This document shows, one piece after another, positions 8,992 to 21,857 of a stretch of 21,857 nucleotides of DNA. Source of the stretch: Piromyces finnis finn. Taxonomy: Eukaryota > Fungi > Neocallimastigomycota. Numbering within the stretch: the first letter of the stretch is position 1; each line of letters starts with the position of its first letter. The stretch lies in contig MCFH01000167.1 of assembly GCA_002104945.1 (NCBI GenBank), positions 1 to 21,857 of the forward strand. The letters are read 5' to 3'. A model generated the notes under the pieces. That model worked only from the letters and a program-made list of their open reading frames with translations. It was not told the origin of the DNA and made no database searches. A program made the translations under genes and the position numbers.

Positions 8992-11900
8992 ATGAATATG
9001 GAAAATCCAAGTTACAAAAATCTAAATGCCAAAATATTTATTAAATACGTAAAAGATGTTATAAGAAATTCAAATAATTATAACGAAATAGAAAATTCTC
9101 TATTAAATGTTGAGAACAATGTTGATTTTTATGTAAATTTTAGAGAAATACAATATAGAGTTTTTTTTTTATTAAATATATAAACAAAATTTAAAATATT
9201 TTAATTGAAATTATTATTTTTTTGTGAAAATAGAATTTTTCATTAGTATCTTTTATAAAAGGGAAAATTGATATTTTATTACAAAATTTATCAAATAATG
9301 GTATTATTTTCTTTTTTTCTTTTTAAATATTTATATAATAAAATAAATTAAAATCATCTAAAGGATTTAAATTAATTATATTTCATAAATTTAAAGATAA
9401 TAATGTTATGGATTTTGAGGAGATTAAGAATCTAAAAGAATATAGGGTAGAATTTAAACATGTAATGAATGATATTGAAAATTACATATATCATATGATA
9501 AAAAGTAGAAAAATACAATTTAGAAATTTTGATAATTTAATATATGGTATATATATTTAATAATTTAGAAATGTTGAATTTGAAATTTGATTTTTAAATA
9601 ATTAAATTGAAATTTAATTTTAAATTAAATTTCAAAATCCATTATACATTTAATCAATTTTGAATGTCATTATTTATAAAACTATTTATATAAATGAAAA
9701 TGTCTTTAAAGAAAAAACATTTAGTGAATCAAAGAGTGAAGGAAATTTTAAAGAGAAAATTATCATTTTAAAAGTAAATATTATTAATGATAATATAAAT
9801 TTTGATTATGAATTATATGACTTTGTTATTTTTAATAAAAAACATATATATATTTTTTTATTCTTTTTAATTATGTAGCAACTTAATTCACTCTCAATTA
9901 ATGATTTGCTTTCTGAGGAAATATGGCCAAAAGTTAAATTTGTATTAAAAAGAGTTGTTAACGATAAAGAAATAATGTAGACTTTTACTTAATATATATG
10001 TTAAAAAAAATTATAATAACTATGGTTTTTATGATTAATTATATTATTTATTTAAAAGAATTGTAGATGAATACTTAAAACTTTACGAAAAATTGATTAA
10101 TATGGAAAATATCCAGGAATTAAATAATTTATTTATAAATTTTTGTCAGTGTTTAATAGAGAATAATAAGATAAAAATTACAGTTGAAAAAAAAGATGTG
10201 TCATCTATGCTTTATTTTAATTTAAATGAACCACAAAACATAATATGGATGAAAAAAGTAAATAGTTTTTGTTTTTATTAGAATAAGCATTAAAATCAAA
10301 ATCTATTAATATTAATATTAAAAATACATCAATATAAATTATATATATTTGAATAGATGAAGTATTTATTAAAATTCCAAAAGATGATTCTTTTAAATTA
10401 TTACAAAATACCGAATGAAAGTCTTCGTGAATCCATTTTTATTTTACTAAAATTATTGTTTGTTCCTTATAATAATTCAATGAAAAACAGTTACTTTATC
10501 CCTATACATATATTAAGTTTGTTAGATCCAAAATCTGAATGGATAAAATTGTGGATAAACAATGCACTATGTTTATCTTTTATAACTGAGTTTTTTCAAC
10601 AGGAGGAGAATATTAATAATATAATATCAAATGTATTATGCTATTATGATAATGTTTATGAAACAAATAATGTTAAAGTAACAAGAAATAATCTTTTGCT
10701 TTCGTCTGTTGTTAATCAAGGTTTAATACCTGTTGATTATATAAGACATATTTTTTTCCTTCAAAATCTTTTTATTTTGACAAAAGTTTCATCTACTTTT
10801 AATGGTAATAAATTATTTCCTATAATTATTAAAAAATCAATAGAAAATGAACATGAGTTAAAAATCAAACACCATTTCAATGAAAAAGAAGGTAATAAAA
10901 TTAATATATGTATTTTTTTAGAGTAAAATATTATTTACGAAATAAAATAGGATATTCATATATATAATTTTAAATCGTTTTTTTTTATAGATGACTTTAT
11001 CATGGAATATAATAATTTTTTAGAAATAGTTTTTTCCTTATTCTATAAAAATACATGTATTAATTATGTACAACAGATAAAGCACAGAAATATAGCATGT
11101 TTTTCAATTTCAGATTATCTAAGTGAAATGTTTAATGCAAATCCGCATAATTGCTTTTTTATACAAAAAATAATAGAAAATGTAACAATATTTATTAATT
11201 TATAGTTTATTAATGTATTTATTAATTAATATCAATTAAATTCATTTTAGGATAATTGTAAAAAATCCATTTTACAGCCTTTAGATTTTTATGAGAAATT
11301 AGATATGAATGAAAAAAGAAATTTTTTTTCATACTATAGTTTTATTGGGAATATATTAAACCAAATTATAGACAAACTATCCATAATAGAATTTTATAAT
11401 ACTTTTTGCTATATAAATAATAATATATGCACTCAGTATAAATATGATATAAATTATATATTGTATGAAAGATCATATAAAAATATAGAATCAAAATCGG
11501 AAACTATATACTTTGACATAATAGAAAAATTTATTATACACATAATAAGAGATAACTACAAAGATAACATACAATATAATAACATTATATCTGTATATTT
11601 TAATATACTTAAAAAAATGGTATCAACATCTTATGGTTATATGGCTTTAAAAAGGTATAATATATTGGAAAAGCTGTTAAATATATATAAGGAAGAAAAA
11701 GATGATAGTAAGAAATCAATATTTCTAAAATGTATAATTGATTATTCCGCTTCTACACGAGGATTATCTGATTTAATATTAATGAATCATGACATTAAAG
11801 ATTCAATTATAAAATACATTAATCTACCAAACATGAATATTTTATATATCATAAATATTTTTAATGAAGTAACTGATACTGAACTAATGAGGAATATTTA

Positions 11901-14027
11901 TGATTTTAAATTTATCAAAAACATTGTTAATATATTACATAAAACTATATACAATGAATCAGATATCCTTTTTTAATTATAAATCTAATAATACTAAATG
12001 TTTATAATTTTTATATTTCTTTAACCTTTTTTTTGTTTTATTTCGTATAAATACATAAGGAAATATCCGAAATTTCATTGGATTTTTTGAACAATACTTT
12101 TTTATATAATGTTTTATCATATCAAAATATAAGATCTATATTGTCTTTAGAAAAAATGAATTCAAATAATGATAGTCATAATTATTTGTCAAATTTAATT
12201 CAATTAATTCTACAGAAATCTTCAATGAATAATAAAATTAATATTAAAGTAGATGAATTATAAGAAGTTTTTCAAATAATTTATAAATCATTGTAATAAT
12301 AATATATATATATAAATAATATAATATAATATAGATGATATTATTTTTAAAAATATTATTCCAATTATCTTTGGACTCGATACTTATTCTCGAATCTGAA
12401 CTTGATATTAGAAAATTAATATCGAATAAACTAGAATACTTTAATTGTAATTTTCATTATAAAATATGTTACAAATTATATATATTTATTTTAAAATCAA
12501 TTTATAATTAAAATAACATATTTTTTTTTATTTTACTTATAAAATTTATTCACAACTTCTTGTAAGACTCAAATGAAGTAAAAAGTTTAGAGGGCGTATT
12601 AATAGATAATATATTCAATTCTATAAAAATAATAGGAAATAATTCAAGATTTAGCCAAAACATTATTAATAATAATTGTAATAATGCATCAGAAATTTCG
12701 GAATACAATAACATCATAGGTTCATTAGATGATGGTATATTAGACCCATCATTATGGTTAAATAAAGCTCAGGTAAGAAGTTGAATATTTTAAACTAAAT
12801 CAAACATTATATTTGTTTAAAAGGAATTATAAATTAACATTTTTATTTAAAATTTTTTTAAACATATTATTATGCTTATAGATAAAATACATTGAATTCT
12901 TAAATAAAAATCCATCTCCTGTTAATGTTATTTCTTTTGCTTCATGTCATCTTTTAAAAATAGTAAATAATATTGTTAAACTTAATGTACATGATAAAGT
13001 TCCTGGTTGGTCAAAAATTCAACTGTTAAAGTATAAAAAACTATATGGAAAAATCTCATTTCATGTAAATTTATATTGTTATAAGAATAATCATATATTT
13101 AATTATAATTTATAAAAATTAATATATTCTTTTTTTACATATTCTAAAATTTAATATTTGATCTTTTAATGTAGAAAAAAATAAAAAATAATGGAATAAA
13201 TAAGATTTTAGATTATTATAAAAGAAATTTTAATATTACCAATAATTCATTACTTGAAAACCAAAAAGAGAATTTAAATGATTTATTAAACGAAGTAGAA
13301 AAAGTATTAAAATCCAAATATGACTTTTCATTAAAATCTAATGGTTTTTTTTCATCATTTGACTGGTTTACTTCTTTCATTTTTTGTATAATACCTGAAC
13401 TTGATAATGCCAAAGAATTTATTCAAAAATTGAGTGAAACTGAATTTTCAATTTTTATGTGGTCATTTTCTCATAATCTTTCTTTAAATGAACAAAATAT
13501 ATCTTATCCTGTTATTTATTATACTTTATGTAATTATGTTGAGCTAATATTAGACAAAGAACTACCGTTAATGTCTTCTATATTAAAAATTAATGAAATC
13601 AATTTGATAAATGTAAAATAGTATATAATTTTATTTTTTAAATAATTTTAATAATACTTATTTAATTTATAATAATATATTTATAAAGGTTATTCAAAAA
13701 TGGTATAGAGAACTCTTTCTGAATATACTAGATATAAAACAGATAACTGAATGCATAATATTAATTTTTCTTTTTGGTTTAGATTATTATGTATATTATG
13801 TCATCTCATTATTTAAACACATACATCCTACTCTCCTTGAACTTAATCAACAAAAATTTTTAAAACCTTTTTTATATTTAGATGATACTTATTTGATACC
13901 TATATATCAAGTATCTTATTGTTCATATAATTTAAATAACTATTTTAAATATATGCAAAATCTACAATTAAAATATAGAAATTTTATTTTTAATGACATA
14001 CAACAAGTATTATATTCTTCTAATTAA
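8992..14027 (+). CDS. TBC1D32: Broad-minded (BROMI/TBC1D32) orthologue, ciliary CCRK/CDK20 partner with a C-terminal TBC-like domain, multi-exon
   Basis: Exons follow recalled human BROMI from start to end: DFYNFSLVSFIKGKI, SINDLLSEEIWPKV, IPIHILSLLDPKSEWIKLW, HIFFLQNLFILTKVSSTFNGNKLFPIIIK, STSYGYMALKRYN, DYSASTRGL, SLDSILILESE, FDWFTSFIF, YPVIYYTLCNYVELILDKELPL. The last exon (13689-14027) reads VIQKWYRELFLNILD...FGLDYYVYYVISLFKH...NYFKYMQNLQLKYR. Exon 1 is 8992-9132 and exon 2 is 9234-9300; boundaries around 9550-9880 are uncertain. Confidence 0.88.
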
Positions 14028-14388
14028 ATAATATAAAATCTATAATATAAAAAATAAATAAATTATTATAACTTCAATTTATATGAATTTTTTATTTTAT
14101 TTTATTTTATTTTTTTTTTTATTTAATTTTCTTTTTTTTTTTTTAATTTATTTTTAATGTTAATGTGTAATATTATAAAAGATATATATTTATGTATAAT
14201 ACTACAAATAAATTTATTTTCTTCGTCTAAATGATTCCTTTTTTTTTTTTTTTTTTTTTTTAATTTATTACATTTGTATTATTTATTTATAAATTATAAA
14301 ATAATTGATTAGAAAATAATCCAAAATATGAATTTCTTTATCAACTATATTATATTTCTTTGTGTTCTATTCTTTTTTTCTAATTAAT

Positions 14389-15381
14389 TTATTCAGCTTT
14401 TTCTTCAGCCTTTTCTTCAGCCTTTTCTTCAGTCTTTTCTTCAGCCTTTTCTTCAGCTGGGGCAGCATCAGCCTTTGGTTCATCATTTAAACAATACTTT
14501 GGTGGCCATGAGACATCTTTAGTGTATTGTTCTTCCTTCCATGGTCCTGGATCGGTTCTAGAACATCCACCAGTACATTCTGGACATTCACAAGTACCAC
14601 CAAGGAACTTAGGGAAGTTTTCTTTATCAATAACCTTGAAGATTTCACTTTCATATTTACCACCTAAAATCTTAATCTTCTTAACAGTAACTGGATCAAG
14701 AAGTGGTGTGATTAATTTCCATGTAGAAGTGAAGAGCATTGGAGCATTAATAATAAACATTTGACCAAGCATTTCTGGGTAGTAATCTTGAGCAATAGCA
14801 CTACTACTCTTAATGAAACTGAAAGCTTTAGCAAATTGGAAAAGACCAACCTTCTTTAAATCCATAATAGTACAACTGGTTTCAATGTGGTATCCAGCTC
14901 TGTTTGAGCAAGCTGGGAAACGAGTATGAATGAGTTTTTCATATTCATAAACGTGGTGATTAATCATTTTTTCTTCAGTGGTAACATTGAAAAGTTTCTT
15001 TAAATCTAATGGACCAAGTTGTTCGATGTAAATTGGTCTACCGTATTTATCAACCTTGTGATAGAAACGTGGGTAAAGTTTGTGAACTTCTTCTTCTTCT
15101 GGGAATTCAAAGTTTTTACATAAATCTTTAATTTTAATGCTTTCTCTCCACTTTTCACAGTTAGAAAACATTTCGTAGGTTTTAGTAAGGTTAAAATCTC
15201 TAGCACGGAGGAAACGTAATAATAAATAATCATTATGTTCTTCTTCCTTAAATTCATTCTTTTCTTTTAACATAGCTTTGAAATCATCTAAAGCTTTTTT
15301 TTGTTCTTCAGTTAAATTTTCAAGAGATCCTGGTTTTGGTTCTGGAATGAGAACTTCAACCTTGTTAGCTTCTTCGGCCAT
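14389..15381 (-). CDS. SEC14: Sec14 phosphatidylinositol/phosphatidylcholine transfer protein (CRAL-TRIO), 330 aa, intronless
   Basis: Motifs LLRFLRARDF, YPRFYHKVDKYGRPIYIEQLG, ETSCTIMDLK, QDYYPEMLG..FIINAP, LDPVTVKKIKILG and PKFLGG. Start placed at the second Met (MAEEANK, 15381) because the upstream 21 codons are an (AAT)n repeat. GC is higher than in the neighbouring genes, with many TTC/AAG/GCT/CCA codons. Confidence 0.96.
   Translation of the reverse strand: MAEEANKVEVLIPEPKPGSLENLTEEQKKALDDFKAMLKEKNEFKEEEHNDYLLLRFLRARDFNLTKTYEMFSNCEKWRESIKIKDLCKNFEFPEEEEVHKLYPRFYHKVDKYGRPIYIEQLGPLDLKKLFNVTTEEKMINHHVYEYEKLIHTRFPACSNRAGYHIETSCTIMDLKKVGLFQFAKAFSFIKSSSAIAQDYYPEMLGQMFIINAPMLFTSTWKLITPLLDPVTVKKIKILGGKYESEIFKVIDKENFPKFLGGTCECPECTGGCSRTDPGPWKEEQYTKDVSWPPKYCLNDEPKADAAPAEEKAEEKTEEKAEEKAEEKAE
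14392..14457 (-). repeat. Coding 12-nt tandem repeat giving an (EEKA/EEKT)x5 acidic-basic tail on Sec14
   Basis: The + strand shows a ttcagccttttc-type unit repeated about 5 times; it translates as AEEKAEEKTEEKAEEKAEEKAE*. Confidence 0.9.
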
Positions 15382-15389
15382 TATTCTAT

Positions 15390-15391
<2 letters not shown>

Positions 15392-15432
<41 letters not shown>

Positions 15433-15438
15433 TAACAA
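15392..15438. repeat. (AAT)n microsatellite upstream of the SEC14 start
   Basis: aataataat... run with aac variants, read directly. Confidence 0.9.
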
Positions 15439-17148
15439 TTCCATAATTAATATTTTTACTATTAATTAATTAATTATTTTTTTTTATTTCATTTTTTGAA
15501 TATATATATATATATATGGAAATATAATAATAATAATAAAAGTATAAATTTGTATTTATAATTTATCAATAATATTTTATTATAATGCTATTGTTATAAT
15601 TCAGTAATAATCATTTTTTTTAAAAAGTTATAATTAATATTTATATACTCATCAATTATTTATATAATTAATACATATTATCTTTATTATTTAACTATTT
15701 TTTCTTTTTATATATATCATTTTAGCCTTTATGTAATTTTTCTTTCTTGTTTATAAAACGAAAAACAACTATATAATTTATAATATTTAATAATAAAAGA
15801 AATCAATTTCGGATTATTTTTTATACCTTAATATTTATTTATTGTTTTTAATAAAATATTTAACTGTATTTTATTGTTATATTTATTTATTTTTTTTATT
15901 ATTATTTTATTTTTCTCTTTTTTCTATTATTATTAATATTTAAAACTGTTAAATTAATAACAATTCTGGTATAGTTTAAAAAAAAAAAAAGAATAAAAGA
16001 AAATAGTTAAAAGTTATATTAAAAATTAACAGATTAAATATATTAATTTATTATAATAAATAAAATTTACCTATTAAAAAATTACCTATAATTATATATT
16101 ATTTATATACAATTAAGAAATCTTAATTTTATTTATTAATAAAACAAATTATTATTGTTGTTTTTTATTATAATATATTGACAAGTTGATGGATGATTTA
16201 TATTTAATTTTCATTGATTAAAATAATGATTTAAAATTTATGTAAATGTATTTATATTAACAAATAACCTTGATATCAATGCATAAATAACTATTATTTT
16301 AAATAAATTATTAATAACTTTATTAGATGAGTAAAAAGTAAAAATAAAAAATAGTTTGAACTTAATCCTTTTTTTTTTTTTTTTTTATTATTTTATTTAT
16401 TTATTATTATTTCTACATTGACATAAGACATAATCTAAATAAATAGTAATAAATAATAATAAACTAAAAAAAGTATGGTTGAAATATAAAGATTTGTGAT
16501 AATTACACCATATCTATATTGGTAACAGATCTTATTTAACTTTTTTAAATAATATGATTATACCAAAAATAATATCTATTTATTTATATTAAATCTGGGG
16601 AATAAAAAATAAGGTTTTATAATGTATGAATATGAAAAACAAAAAACGAAAAATAAAACAAAAATAAAAATTATTAAAAACGTTATTTATATGTATTACT
16701 TTTTTCTTTTTATCCCATTTTAAAATAATAAATTATAATTATGAATGAATGAAAAGTAAATAAATGAATAGCTATATAATATTAATTATATTAAACGATA
16801 TTGAACGATATTGAAATTATTGGATATGTCATATGTAATTATAAATGATTATCAGAAAATTAATAGGTTTTATTATTATTTTATTTTGAAATATAATATA
16901 ACCGCAACTAAAACAAAAAAAAAAAAAACAAAATAAAAAAGAAATTTACTTTAATGAAATATACATTTTTTTTCTAGTGGGGTATATAATAGTAATAATT
17001 ATTAACAAATTATAATTTCTTTTTTTTTTTAGGTATTTAACTTTTTTTTTTTTTTTGAGAAAAGTATAATCATTAATACATCCATGAATTATATGAATTA
17101 TGTATACATATTAAGTTTGTATATTTTATATTTTATGTATACACATTT

Positions 17149-21669
<4,521 letters not shown>

Positions 21670-21857
21670 CTTAAAATGTGTATATTAATTAATTATATAT
21701 TAAAAAATAGAATACATTATAATAAGATATTAAAAAAAAATTTTTTTTATATTTATTTTATGACAATTTTTAAAAGACAGTTATAATATTATAATAAAAT
21801 TTTCAAGCATTAAATTTTTACAATTATAAATGATAATAATAATAATAATAAATAATA

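Noticed and set aside
13216-13413. Minus-strand 65-aa ORF
   Set aside because: Antisense to a BROMI exon (...FDWFTSFIF...).
14522-15469. ORFs 14522..14764 (+), 15006..15257 (-) and 15278..15469 (+)
   Set aside because: Shadow or alternate frames of SEC14 with no recognisable motifs; poly-N comes from the AAT repeat.

Overview
Very AT-rich eukaryotic DNA (by eye well under 25% GC) with short GT-AG introns and the standard genetic code. The composition, a fungal-type Sec14 and flagellar genes fit an anaerobic gut fungus (Neocallimastigomycota) best; this is inference. Splicing exons by hand gives six protein genes: a 5'-partial F-box/LRR gene (+), an OCRL/INPP5B inositol 5-phosphatase (-), a seven-exon RSU1 orthologue missed by the ORF track (+), a BROMI/TBC1D32 orthologue (+), an intronless SEC14 (-), and a 5'-partial EF-hand + C2 + transglutaminase-like CC2D2A/CEP76-family gene (-). 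A GC-enriched two-hairpin H/ACA-like ncRNA candidate lies between the first two genes. Frame disruptions cluster in the left ~4.2 kb and look like homopolymer consensus errors. Highlights: RSU1 (an integrin-adhesome component) in a probable fungus, the EF-hand-bearing ciliary TGL protein, and the ncRNA candidate. Comparisons with human and yeast proteins are from memory and need an alignment to confirm.
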